Of a stretch of DNA of 64,000 nucleotides, positions 28,990-38,370 are shown piece by piece. The notes below the pieces were generated by a model. It had not been told where the DNA came from. It searched no databases and worked only from the letters and a program-made list of their open reading frames with translations. A program made the position numbers and the translations under genes. This DNA comes from an uncultured Spartobacteria bacterium. Its GTDB lineage: Bacteria > Verrucomicrobiota > Verrucomicrobiia > Chthoniobacterales > JAATET01. The number at the start of each line of letters is the position of its first letter. The first letter of the stretch is position 1. The stretch spans positions 39,688 to 103,687 of the forward strand of contig CALGTD010000138.1 in NCBI GenBank assembly GCA_937901895.1, read 5' to 3'.

Positions 28990-31900
28990 TCAAGCAGACG
29001 CTGGTTGCAAAGAAGGTTGGGTCGCGGGTGCTCTGCGCGCGCCGAGCTTCATGATCACGGCATAGAATACCGGCGTGAGGAACAGCCCAAAGAGCGTGAC
29101 GCCAATCATGCCGGCAAACACGGCGGTGCCCATGGCCTGGCGCATTTCGGAGCCGGCGCCCTTTGAAACCACCAGCGGAAACACGCCGGCGATGAACGCG
29201 ATGGACGTCATGAGAATCGGGCGGAGACGCAGCCGGCACGCTTCCAGCGTCGCGTCGGCAAGCGGCAGGCCTTCGTCCTGCTTTTGTTTCGCGAATTCGA
29301 CGATGAGGATTGCGTTCTTGCAGGCGAGGCCGACGAGCACGATGAGCCCGATCTGGGTGAAAACATTGTTGTCCCCGTCGCGCAGCCAGACGCCCGTCAT
29401 CGCGGAAAGCAGGCACATCGGCACGATGAGGATGATTGCGAGCGGCATGCGGAAGCTCTCGTAGAGCGCCGCAAGCACGAGGAACACGAGCAGAATGCAG
29501 AGAGGATAGACGTAAACCGCCGTGTTGCCCGCGAGGATGCGCTGGTAGGTGAGGTCGGTCCATTCCATCGTCATGCCCGGCGGGAGCTGCTCCTCCGCGA
29601 GTTTGCTCATCGCGGCTTCGGCCTGGCCGGAGCTGAAACCGGGTGCAGGCGCGCCATTGATCTCGGCGGCGGGGTAGCCGTTGTAGCGCATTGCGCGATC
29701 GGGACCGTGCGTCTCGTTGATTTTGACGAGCGCGCCGAGCGGGATCATCTGGCCGGCGGCATTGCGCGTCTTGAGCCGGGCGATGTCCTCGGGACGCTGG
29801 CGGAATTCCGAATCGGCCTGCGCGATGACCTGGAAGGTGCGGCCGAAGCGGTTGAAGTCATTCATGTAGAGCGAGCCGAGATAGACCTGCATCGTCTCGA
29901 AGAGATTCTGCAGCGGCACGCCCTGCGCCTTTGCCTTCACGCGGTCGATGTCCGCATCGAGCTGCGGGACATTCACCGTGAACGTCGAGAACACGCCGCC
30001 GAGCTGCGGCACCTGCATGCTCCCGCCCATGAGGTTTTGCAGATTCGCGTAGAGCGCGTCGTAGCCGAGGTCGGCGCGATCCTCGATGTAGGCCTTGAAT
30101 CCGCCGATCGTGCCGAGGCCCGACACGGGCGGTGGCGGCACAGTGAGGATGAAGGCGTCCTGAATCTCGGCGAACTTCTGGTTGAGCGCCTGCATGATCG
30201 CCGGCCCGCTCAGGTCGGGCGTGCTGCGTTCCTCGAACGGATCGAGGCAGAAAAAGACGATGCCGGAATTCGACGCGACGCTGAACCCGCTGATGCTCAA
30301 TCCGGGAAAGGCCACCGCGCTCTCGACGCCCGGTTGCTTCAGGCCGATCTCGGTCATCCGCTTGATCACTTCCTCCGTGCGCGCGAGCGACGCCCCGTCG
30401 GGAAGCTGCGCGAAGGAGATGAGGTATTGCTTGTCCTGCGTAGGCACGAAGCCGGTGGGGACTTTCTGGAAACTCCATCCGGTGAGTGCCACGAGTCCGC
30501 CGTAGAAAAGCAGGACGATCACGCTCTTGCGAATGATGCTGCGAACGCCGGCGGAATACACGCGGCCGGTCCAGTCGAAGAAGCGGTTGAAGGGCCGGAA
30601 GAACCAGCCGAGCCCGCGATCCATGAGCCGGGCGATCGCATCTTTCGGAGCGTGGTGATCCTTGAGGAGCAGCGCGCAGAGTGCCGGCGAGAGTGTGAGC
30701 GAGTTGAATGCGGAGATGACGGTCGAGATCGCGATCGTGATCGCGAACTGCTTGTAGAACTGGCCGGTGAGTCCGCTGATGAACGCGGTCGGAATGAACA
30801 CCGCGCAGAGCACGAGCGCCGTTGCGATGATGGGACCGGTGACCTCGCGCATCGCACGCTCGGTGGCCTCGACCGGTGAGAGGCCGAGCGCGATGTTTCG
30901 CTCGACGTTTTCGACGACGACGATGGCGTCATCGACCACAATGCCGATCGCGAGCACGAGTCCGAAAAGCGAGAGGGCGTTGATGCTGAATCCGAACGCC
31001 AGCATCACGGCGAAGGTTCCGATCAACGAAACCGGCACCGCCGCGATGGGAATGATCGCGGCGCGCCACGTCTGGAGGAAGATCACGACGACAAGGACGA
31101 CGAGAATCAGAGCCTCGAAAAGCGTGTGGACCACGGCGTCGATCGAATGCTGCACGAAGACCGTCGGGTCGTAGACGACGGAGTAGTCGATGCCGTCGGG
31201 AAAGTCCTTCTTCAGCTCCTCCATTTTCGCGCGGATGTCGCGGGAGAGCTGCAGGGCGTTCGCTCCGGGAAGTTGGAAAATCGGGAGCGCGACGGCGGGG
31301 TGGTTGTCGAGCAGCGACTTCAATGCGTAGGACGAGGCGCCCAGCTCGATGCGCGCGACATCGCGGAGATAGGTCTTCTCGCCGTGCTCGCCGGTCTTCA
31401 CGACGATGTTGCCGAATTCCTCCTCATCGAGCAGACGGCCCTTCGCGTTGATCTGAAGTTCGAAGGGAACGGGCGCATCCTCCGGCGGCTTGCCCACACT
31501 GCCGGCCGCGACCTGCACGTTTTGCTCGCGGATCGCCGCCACGATGTCGCTGGCGGTAAGGCTTCGGGACGCTGCCTTGTCGGGATCGATCCACACGCGC
31601 ATCGCGTAGTCGCCGGAACCGAAAAGCTGCACAGAGCCGGCGCCGGGAATGCGCGCGAGAACATCGCGCACCTGGAGCGTCGCATAGTTGCGCAGGTAAA
31701 TCTCGTCGTAGCGTCCGGTCGGGGACGTGAGGTGGACGACGAGCGTGAGGTCGGGCGATTGCTTCGTGGTCGTGACGCCGAGGGCGCGCACTTCCTCGGG
31801 GAGCTTTGGAAGCGCCTGCGAGACGCGGTTTTGCACCTGCACCTGGGCCTTGTCCACGTCGGTGCCGAGGGCGAACGTGATCGTGAGCGACATCACGCCG

Positions 31901-32160
31901 TCGGGCGTGGACTGGGAAAACATGTAGAGCATGTTTTCCACGCCGTTGATCGCCTGTTCGAGCGGCGCGGCGACCGTTTCGGCGATCGTTTTCGGATTTG
32001 CGCCGGGATACGTCGCCTGCACGACGACCGTCGGCGGCACGACCTCCGGATATTCGCTGATCGGCAGTCGCACCATGGCGATGAGGCCGAGCAGCAGAAT
32101 GATGATCGACAGCACGGCCGCGAAAACCGGCCGCCGAATGAAGTAGATCGCGAAGTTCAT
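28990..32160 (-). CDS. RND multidrug efflux transporter, HAE1 (AcrB/MexB-like), 1056 aa
   Basis: MNFAIYFIRRPVFAAVLSIIILLLGLIAMVRLPISEYPEV... It has the 12-TM, two-large-periplasmic-loop layout and is AcrB-like throughout. Confidence 0.95.
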   Translation of the reverse strand: MNFAIYFIRRPVFAAVLSIIILLLGLIAMVRLPISEYPEVVPPTVVVQATYPGANPKTIAETVAAPLEQAINGVENMLYMFSQSTPDGVMSLTITFALGTDVDKAQVQVQNRVSQALPKLPEEVRALGVTTTKQSPDLTLVVHLTSPTGRYDEIYLRNYATLQVRDVLARIPGAGSVQLFGSGDYAMRVWIDPDKAASRSLTASDIVAAIREQNVQVAAGSVGKPPEDAPVPFELQINAKGRLLDEEEFGNIVVKTGEHGEKTYLRDVARIELGASSYALKSLLDNHPAVALPIFQLPGANALQLSRDIRAKMEELKKDFPDGIDYSVVYDPTVFVQHSIDAVVHTLFEALILVVLVVVIFLQTWRAAIIPIAAVPVSLIGTFAVMLAFGFSINALSLFGLVLAIGIVVDDAIVVVENVERNIALGLSPVEATERAMREVTGPIIATALVLCAVFIPTAFISGLTGQFYKQFAITIAISTVISAFNSLTLSPALCALLLKDHHAPKDAIARLMDRGLGWFFRPFNRFFDWTGRVYSAGVRSIIRKSVIVLLFYGGLVALTGWSFQKVPTGFVPTQDKQYLISFAQLPDGASLARTEEVIKRMTEIGLKQPGVESAVAFPGLSISGFSVASNSGIVFFCLDPFEERSTPDLSGPAIMQALNQKFAEIQDAFILTVPPPPVSGLGTIGGFKAYIEDRADLGYDALYANLQNLMGGSMQVPQLGGVFSTFTVNVPQLDADIDRVKAKAQGVPLQNLFETMQVYLGSLYMNDFNRFGRTFQVIAQADSEFRQRPEDIARLKTRNAAGQMIPLGALVKINETHGPDRAMRYNGYPAAEINGAPAPGFSSGQAEAAMSKLAEEQLPPGMTMEWTDLTYQRILAGNTAVYVYPLCILLVFLVLAALYESFRMPLAIILIVPMCLLSAMTGVWLRDGDNNVFTQIGLIVLVGLACKNAILIVEFAKQKQDEGLPLADATLEACRLRLRPILMTSIAFIAGVFPLVVSKGAGSEMRQAMGTAVFAGMIGVTLFGLFLTPVFYAVIMKLGARRAPATQPSLQPASA

Positions 32161-32163
32161 GAC

Positions 32164-33318
32164 TCAGCGGGCGGCGGTGTTCGGACCGGCGGACGAGGCG
32201 GAATCCTGTGCGACCTGCGGCTGCGGATTCACGGGAGCTCCCGGGCGCGCGCGCTGGACGCCGTTTACGATGATCATGTCGCCGGCGTTCAGGCCGGAGC
32301 GCACGATGCGCTTGCCGTCGGCGACGGGGCCGAGTGTGACCTTGCGGTATTCGACCGTGTTGTCCTTCCCGATCGAGAAGACGAACTTCTGTGCCTGATC
32401 CGTGCCAATGGCGGTCTCGTCCACAAGCAAGGTCGGCCGCTCCTCGCTCAGCGGGACGCGAAGGCGGACGAACAATCCGGGAATGATCCGGCCATCGGGA
32501 TTCGGAATCTGCGCACGCAGGACGATCGTGCCCGTGTTGCGATCGACGCGGTTGTCGAGCGACTCGATGAAGCCGCGGTGCGGATAGCCCTCCTCATCGG
32601 CAAGCTGCATTTCCACGGGAATGCGCAGGCCTTCCTGCTTCGTCATGAGCGCCTGAAGCTGGAGCAGCGAGCGCTCGTCGACGTCGGCGTAAACGTAGAT
32701 CGGATCCACGGAAACGATCGTCGTGAGGAGCGACGCGCCGCCGGCGTTGCCGCTCACGTAGTTTCCGGTGGTCAGCAACGCCCGGCTCACACGGCCATCG
32801 ATCGGCGCGCGGACCTCGGTAAATTCCAGGTCGAGCCGGGCGGATTTCAACGCGGCCTCGGCGGCGAGGACCGCCGCACGCGCCTGGTGGAAATCCGAAA
32901 TGCTCGTGTCGGCCTCCTCGCTCGAGATCGCGCTGCTTTTCAGCAACTGGTCGGCGCGGTGGGCCATGCGGCCGGCGTTGGCGTGGCGTGCCTTCGCCTG
33001 CTCGAGCTCGGCTTCGCGTTGCTCGACCTCGGCCTGGTAGGGGCGCGGATCAATGACGAACAGGACATCGCCCTTTTTGACGAGCTGCCCGGATTGGAAC
33101 CGCACCTCCTGGATGTAACCGGAGACGCGCGGGCGCACCTCCACGGCCTCCACGGCCTCCGTCTGACCAGTGAACTCGGTCCATTCGATGAGCTCCTTCT
33201 CGACCACCGGGGCGACCGTTACGACAGGCGCCGGCGGTGCCGTGGACTCGGATTTGTTTTTGCCGCACCCGGAAACGACAAGGCAGGTGAGGATGAACGC
33301 GACAGGCAGGATTTTCAT
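32164..33318 (-). CDS. RND efflux periplasmic adaptor (MFP) lipoprotein
   Basis: Lipobox LVVSGC and biotinyl-lipoyl hairpin motifs (VSGYIQEVRFQSGQLVKKGDVLFVIDP ... VRAPIDGRVSRALLTTGNYV). It sits directly upstream of the RND pump. Confidence 0.92.
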   Translation of the reverse strand: MKILPVAFILTCLVVSGCGKNKSESTAPPAPVVTVAPVVEKELIEWTEFTGQTEAVEAVEVRPRVSGYIQEVRFQSGQLVKKGDVLFVIDPRPYQAEVEQREAELEQAKARHANAGRMAHRADQLLKSSAISSEEADTSISDFHQARAAVLAAEAALKSARLDLEFTEVRAPIDGRVSRALLTTGNYVSGNAGGASLLTTIVSVDPIYVYADVDERSLLQLQALMTKQEGLRIPVEMQLADEEGYPHRGFIESLDNRVDRNTGTIVLRAQIPNPDGRIIPGLFVRLRVPLSEERPTLLVDETAIGTDQAQKFVFSIGKDNTVEYRKVTLGPVADGKRIVRSGLNAGDMIIVNGVQRARPGAPVNPQPQVAQDSASSAGPNTAAR

Positions 33319-33369
33319 GCGTGCGTGTGGTTGGTATTTGACTGGTCGTCTAGTGACTGGGCAAAAAAA

Positions 33370-33978
33370 TCAGGCTGCGGCGGGCTGTTTGGCGCCGAGG
33401 AGGGCTAGGGTGCCGGGATACATCTGGCGCAGAACCTCGACGTTGTTCTCGATGCGGGCCTGGGAAAGGGTGCCTTCGATGAAGGCCAGAAGGGCGCGGG
33501 CTTTTGCCTTCGGATCGGGAGCGTCGACGAGGCCCTCGGCGTGGGCGTCGCGAATGGCGCTCTCGTAGTAGCGGAGCTTTCGCTCGAGGATCGAGTGGAT
33601 CGTGGTCCGGAGCTCCTCGTCGAGCGTCGAAATCTCGCAACCCAGGGAAAAAATGGGGCATCCGAGCACGGCGCCGTGCTTTTTCACGGTCTCCTTGATG
33701 AACTCGTAGCTGTGTTCGTAATGAACGCGGAAGCGTTCGAGCGGAGGCAGCGAGGGCGAAAAATCCCGGTCGAGGTCCTTGCGATGCTTTTCCCAATCGG
33801 CTTCCAAGGCCGCCGAGGCGAGGGCCGACTTGGATTTGAAGAAATAGTAGAAGCTGCCCTTCTTGACGTTCGCCCGTTCGCAAATCGCATCCACCGACGT
33901 CGAACCGTAGCTGTTCTCCCACATGATCTGGAGAGCAGCATCGGTCAGGCGTTCTTTTGCCGTGCTGATCGGTGGCAT
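33370..33978 (-). CDS. TetR/AcrR family transcriptional regulator
   Basis: N-terminal HTH AALQIMWENSYGSTSVDAICERANVKKGSFYYFFKSKSAL. 202 aa. It is the first gene of the efflux run. Confidence 0.9.
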   Translation of the reverse strand: MPPISTAKERLTDAALQIMWENSYGSTSVDAICERANVKKGSFYYFFKSKSALASAALEADWEKHRKDLDRDFSPSLPPLERFRVHYEHSYEFIKETVKKHGAVLGCPIFSLGCEISTLDEELRTTIHSILERKLRYYESAIRDAHAEGLVDAPDPKAKARALLAFIEGTLSQARIENNVEVLRQMYPGTLALLGAKQPAAA

Positions 33979-33997
33979 GGGAACACCATTGGGGAAT

Positions 33998-34013
33998 TTG
34001 ACTGAATAGTCAA
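33998..34013. promoter_or_regulatory. Palindrome TTGACTgaatAGTCAA, candidate TetR operator overlapping a -35-like TTGACT
   Basis: Perfect 6-bp inverted arms with a 4-bp spacer, 20-35 bp upstream of the TetR ATG (33978). Confidence 0.45.
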
Positions 34014-34038
34014 CAATGTTCTGCCGCAGGAGTGACCG

Positions 34039-34845
34039 TTACTTGATCTCGACCAGGGTGCCGATGGGCACCATCGAGAAAAGCTGCCTGGCGTTTTCCT
34101 CCGGGAGGCGGACGCAGCCGTGGGAGGCTGGATAACCGGGAACATGCCCGGCGTGCAATCCAAAGTCACCGCACGAGAGCCGCAGGAAGTAGGGCATCTT
34201 CGCGTCGTAGATCGTGGACTTCCAATGCCGGTATTTGTTGGTCACGAGAAATGTTCCGGTCCGCGTGGGGGTGGCGGGTTTGCCGGAGGAGATCGGAGTG
34301 ATGAGGATGATCTCCTGTCCCTTCCAGACAATCGCCTGCTGTTTTTCGAGGTTCACGCTGATCCGATATTGCGCGGGCTCGGAATCGTCGGTGATCCCCA
34401 TGAGCAGCTTCATGATTTCCAGCCGACCGTGCCGGGCCGCCTGCCACAGGGCAAAGGTTTTGCTTTTTCCAGAGAGCCGGTTCGGATTTGCCCCGGCGGC
34501 GAGAAGGAAGCGGACCGCCATTTCGTTGCCGACAGCACTCGCAAACATCAGCGGCGTGTAGCCCGGTTCCTTTCGCAGATAGTAATACAACGGGCCATCG
34601 AGGTAGCGCTCGCGGAACGTCCTTGCCTCCGGGCAATCGGGAAAGCCCATGTCGGGATTGGGAAGGCGGTTCAGGGCAGCGCGCATGGCCTCCTTGTCGA
34701 AATCGGCGATCGCAGCAAACAGCGCGACGAGATTTTGATTTTCCACGCTGGAAGGCTTCGCGTCCGGTGCTGCGATGGAAACATTCGCCAGTGCGATGGC
34801 GAGGATCAGCGCATGGGAGGGACGAATGGAACAACGCGCGGGCAT
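34039..34845 (-). CDS. Secreted ankyrin-repeat / L,D-transpeptidase (YkuD) fusion protein, 268 aa
   Basis: A signal peptide is followed by ankyrin repeats (GYTPLMFASAVGNEMAVRFLLAAGANPN ... ALWQAARHGRLEIMKLLMG). The YkuD domain carries the catalytic motif YPASHGCVRL. Confidence 0.8.
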   Translation of the reverse strand: MPARCSIRPSHALILAIALANVSIAAPDAKPSSVENQNLVALFAAIADFDKEAMRAALNRLPNPDMGFPDCPEARTFRERYLDGPLYYYLRKEPGYTPLMFASAVGNEMAVRFLLAAGANPNRLSGKSKTFALWQAARHGRLEIMKLLMGITDDSEPAQYRISVNLEKQQAIVWKGQEIILITPISSGKPATPTRTGTFLVTNKYRHWKSTIYDAKMPYFLRLSCGDFGLHAGHVPGYPASHGCVRLPEENARQLFSMVPIGTLVEIK

Positions 34846-34961
34846 CGGCGTGGATTCGTTTCGTCCATCACGGTCGGACGCGTAATGGCACCTTGCAACG
34901 AAAGTTTTCGTGTGCGGAGGATTTGTTTTCGGATTCTGCGGTGGCGTGTTTCAATCCGCGC

Positions 34962-36296
34962 ATGTCCGGGCAAGGGGAACCGAAGCTGGCGAGATCGATC
35001 GGACTGATCGGACTCGTGGTCTATGGAATCGGCGACATGGTGGGCGCCGGAATTTACGGAACCACCGGCGTTGCGGCAGGGGTCATGGGAAACGCCGTCT
35101 GGCTGGCATTCGTCGGCTCGATGATCGCCGCGATCCTCACCGGACTTTCCTACGCGTCGATTTCCTCGCGATATCCACGTGCGGCGGGTGCGGCCTACGT
35201 CGTGCACCGGGCGTTTCACGTGCCGTATCTTTCGTATGTCGTGGGGCTGGCGGTCGTGGCGTCGGGGCTCACGTCCATCGCGACGGGCAGCCGGGTGTTT
35301 GCGGGCTTCGTGCAGCCGTGGGCGGGCGGATTGCCGGTCGTGTTGCTCGCGGTGGGTTATCTGTTGCTGCTGAGCCTGGTGAATTTCCGGGGAATCAAGG
35401 AGAGCCTCGTGATGAACGTCGTCTGCACGGTCGTCGAGGTCGGCGGGCTGCTGTTCATCATTGCCGTGGGTGCGAAGTTCTGGGGCTCGGTGAATTATTT
35501 CGAAACGCCGGGTGCGGTCGATGGAGAGGGGCTTTCCGTCGTGCTCGTGCTCTCGGGAGCGGTGCTCACGTTCTACGCATTCGTGGGATTCGAGGATCTG
35601 TTGAATCTCGCCGAGGAGACGAAGAATCCCACGCGAAACATGCCGCTCGGCATCGTGCTCGCGCTGGTCGCGGTGGCGGCGCTCTACATTGCGGTCAGCG
35701 TTACGGCGGTGTCGGTGGTGCCATTTCGCGAACTGGCCGACGTGAGCAAGGGCGCACCGACCGAGCAAATCATCGCGCGGGCGGCGCCATGGGTCCCGCC
35801 GGGGATCTTCACGGTGATCACCCTCTTCGCCGTGGCGAACACGGGACTCATGAACAACATCATGGGCTCTCGGTTGATCTATGGAATGGCGCGGCAGGGA
35901 TTGCTGCCGTCGGTTCTCGGTCGCGTGCATGCACGGCGCCGGACGCCACACGTCGCGATCGGCGTGCTGTTCGTCGTCATCGCGATTCTTATCCTCAGCG
36001 GCAACATCGCGGAACTCGCGTCCGCAACGAGTCTGTTGCTGCTGACGTCGTTCCTCATCGTAAATCTCTCGCTCATCATCCTGCAGCGAAGGCCGGGTGA
36101 GCCGAAGGGAGCGTTCGAGATTCCGTGGATCGTCCCTGCGCTCGGCGCGCTCGTTTGCGTGGGATTGATCGGCAGCCGGCTGTCGAATGGCGACCTCCGC
36201 GCACCGGTGATCGCCGGCGCGGTGCTGCTTGTCATCACCGTGCTGTATTTCCTCACGCGAGGACGCGGGACGGCCGATCCGGAGGGCGTCGAGTGA
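34962..36296 (+). CDS. APC-superfamily amino acid permease (444 aa)
   Basis: Trimmed to the ATG at 34962 (MSGQGEPKLARSIGLIGLVVYGIGDMVGAGIYGTTG...). 12 TM helices. Confidence 0.85.
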   Translation: MSGQGEPKLARSIGLIGLVVYGIGDMVGAGIYGTTGVAAGVMGNAVWLAFVGSMIAAILTGLSYASISSRYPRAAGAAYVVHRAFHVPYLSYVVGLAVVASGLTSIATGSRVFAGFVQPWAGGLPVVLLAVGYLLLLSLVNFRGIKESLVMNVVCTVVEVGGLLFIIAVGAKFWGSVNYFETPGAVDGEGLSVVLVLSGAVLTFYAFVGFEDLLNLAEETKNPTRNMPLGIVLALVAVAALYIAVSVTAVSVVPFRELADVSKGAPTEQIIARAAPWVPPGIFTVITLFAVANTGLMNNIMGSRLIYGMARQGLLPSVLGRVHARRRTPHVAIGVLFVVIAILILSGNIAELASATSLLLLTSFLIVNLSLIILQRRPGEPKGAFEIPWIVPALGALVCVGLIGSRLSNGDLRAPVIAGAVLLVITVLYFLTRGRGTADPEGVE

Positions 36297-36315
36297 TCGA
36301 CCGCCGCGGGCGCAT

Positions 36316-37560
36316 TTATTCGATCTCCAGTCGCCGCTTCACGTCGGCCGAAAGCCGGTCGATCGCGGGCATGGCGTGCTCGTAGAACGCGCGGTAGCCG
36401 GCGCACAGCCAGTTGAGGCCGGGCTCGCCATCGGCGGTCCGAAGCAGGCGGTTCTTTGGACACTCGCCCCAGCAGACACGGAGGTATTCGCACCGGCGGC
36501 AGGCACGTGGAAGCGTCTCCGATTTCGCGTAGGCGAACTTCACCTGCTCCCGTGAGAACACGAGATCGACGAGATCATCGGAGAGGATGTTTCCGCGATA
36601 AAATTCCGGGTAAACAAAGTGATCGCAGGCGTAGACGCCGCCGTCGGCCTCGATCGCGAGGCATTTTCCGCAGAGTTCGGCGGACGTGCAGTTCTGCGCA
36701 GGCAGGCCCGCCCGCTGCGCGACGAGATCCTCGAAAATGCTGACGAAGATTCTGCCCGCGTCGTTGGTGATCCAGCGATCGAAGATTCGAATGAGGAAGT
36801 ATCCCCAGTCGTCCGGGTCCACGGTCCACGGCGTGACAATCGAGCGGGAATCGGGTGCTCCGGCGCGCGGGAGTTCCGTGGAATTCCATCTCCCCGGGGC
36901 GACGCGTTCGAAATCCCGGTGCTCGACGATCGGAATGAACTGCATCCGCAGGGAGCCGATGTCGTTTCGAAGGAAACGATACACGTCGAGCGGACGACGG
37001 GCGTTGTCGCGATGGACGCACGTCAGCGTGTTGAAAGGCACCCGATGCCGGTGCAGTCGCTTCGCGGTCTCGATGACTGCGCGCGATGTCGGCCCGCCAC
37101 AGTTCGTCATGCGATGCGCATCGTGAATCTCCGGCGGACCATCCATGCTCAGCCCAACGAGAAAGCGATTCTCCGCAAGAAACTCACACCACTCGTCGTC
37201 GAGCAGTGTGCCATTGGTCTGGATGTCGTTTTCGACGCGCTGGCCGGGACGTGCATGCCGGCGCTGAAACTCAAGAACCCGCCGGAAAAACGGAATGCCG
37301 CGAAGCGACGGCTCGCCACCCTGCCACGAGAATACAACGGGACCGGTGTCGAAAGCCGCGAGCTGCTTTTGGATGAAGGCCTCCAGCGTTTCGTCCGACA
37401 TTCGCGTCGGCCTCGGTCCGCCCGGCAAACGCGGCTTCGCGAGATAGAAACAATAGTCGCATCGGAGATTGCACGTGCTGCCGCCCGGCTTCGCCATGAG
37501 GTGGAAGCGATTTCCGCCCAGGCGCGCGGCGGCAAGTGGCGCATCGTATTTGTCGCGCAT
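36316..37560 (-). CDS. Anaerobic sulfatase-maturating enzyme (radical SAM / SPASM)
   Basis: CNLRCDYCFY radical-SAM cluster. SPASM cysteines are also present (CTSAELCGKC ... ACDHF ... CRRCEYLRVCWGECPKNR). The start is taken at the ATG at 37560 (MRDKYDAPL...); the longest ORF starts at 37644. Confidence 0.85.
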   Translation of the reverse strand: MRDKYDAPLAAARLGGNRFHLMAKPGGSTCNLRCDYCFYLAKPRLPGGPRPTRMSDETLEAFIQKQLAAFDTGPVVFSWQGGEPSLRGIPFFRRVLEFQRRHARPGQRVENDIQTNGTLLDDEWCEFLAENRFLVGLSMDGPPEIHDAHRMTNCGGPTSRAVIETAKRLHRHRVPFNTLTCVHRDNARRPLDVYRFLRNDIGSLRMQFIPIVEHRDFERVAPGRWNSTELPRAGAPDSRSIVTPWTVDPDDWGYFLIRIFDRWITNDAGRIFVSIFEDLVAQRAGLPAQNCTSAELCGKCLAIEADGGVYACDHFVYPEFYRGNILSDDLVDLVFSREQVKFAYAKSETLPRACRRCEYLRVCWGECPKNRLLRTADGEPGLNWLCAGYRAFYEHAMPAIDRLSADVKRRLEIE

Positions 37561-37692
37561 GTTCGCCCAGAATGGACAAAGCGCATGGGTGAAACCTTGC
37601 GGACGGGCAGGGAATTTTCCGCCCAGGCGCTGGAGGCGACGCATCCATCATCGTGGGCGCCGGCTGCGTCCGGCGCGCGAGTGGGCAGCGGA

Positions 37693-38247
37693 TCAAATCA
37701 CGCGGCTGTTCATCCGTCGTGGCGACGACCCGCCTTTCGCCGTGCGGCATTCGCACTCTTCCAGATCGGCGACGTGGTGCTTCACGACGGCACGACGCAG
37801 CTCGGAAAAGTGCCCGTTCTCGCAGCACAACACGAAGCTCTCCATGATGGTTTTGAGCTCCTCCCAGTGGCGACGCACGGAGCGGGCCTCCGCGTCGGTG
37901 ATCTCGTTGTCCATGCTGGCGTGGGCAATCACGGCCAGCATATTGGCGAACTCCTGAATGATCTCATTCGTCGCGGGTAGAAGGTCGTTGCATTGATCCC
38001 GGTGCTCGGGATCCCAGACGAAAAATCCCCCGGCGTGATGACACAGCCATTGAATGATCGGCAGATGGTCGGTGAGTTCGATCAGCAGGCGCGTCCGGTC
38101 GAGCGGGTTTCGAGCTCCGCTGCGATCATCTCCGTCGCTTTGCGCCCATTTGTAAACAATGGAAAGGGAGACGCCAAGGGCAGCGGCGATTTCCTTCGGG
38201 CTGCGCTTTTCGTATGCCGCGCGCAAGACCTCATGGGATTCCTGCAT
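37693..38247 (-). CDS. HTH-domain regulatory protein (184 aa), phage CII/YdaS-like N-terminal layout
   Basis: N-terminal HTH SPKEIAAALGVSLSIVYKWAQ is followed by a helical domain. It is divergently transcribed from the NfeD-flotillin-ATPase genes, with a 123-bp shared intergenic region. Confidence 0.6.
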   Translation of the reverse strand: MQESHEVLRAAYEKRSPKEIAAALGVSLSIVYKWAQSDGDDRSGARNPLDRTRLLIELTDHLPIIQWLCHHAGGFFVWDPEHRDQCNDLLPATNEIIQEFANMLAVIAHASMDNEITDAEARSVRRHWEELKTIMESFVLCCENGHFSELRRAVVKHHVADLEECECRTAKGGSSPRRMNSRVI

Positions 38248-38370
38248 GGCGCTCAGAATGGGGCCTGTCGGGACTGCCGCGCAAGGAATCCGTGATGAGA
38301 AACAACGGATGTTTTTGTAACAGCGATTGACACAGTCGCTTCGCTACTTTCCGCGGCGAGGAGGAAAGTC

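Noticed and set aside
34886-34897. TGGCACcTTGCA upstream of the APC permease gene.
   Set aside because: It contains both sigma54 half-sites, but they are separated by 1 nt instead of about 5, so it cannot function as a -24/-12 promoter.
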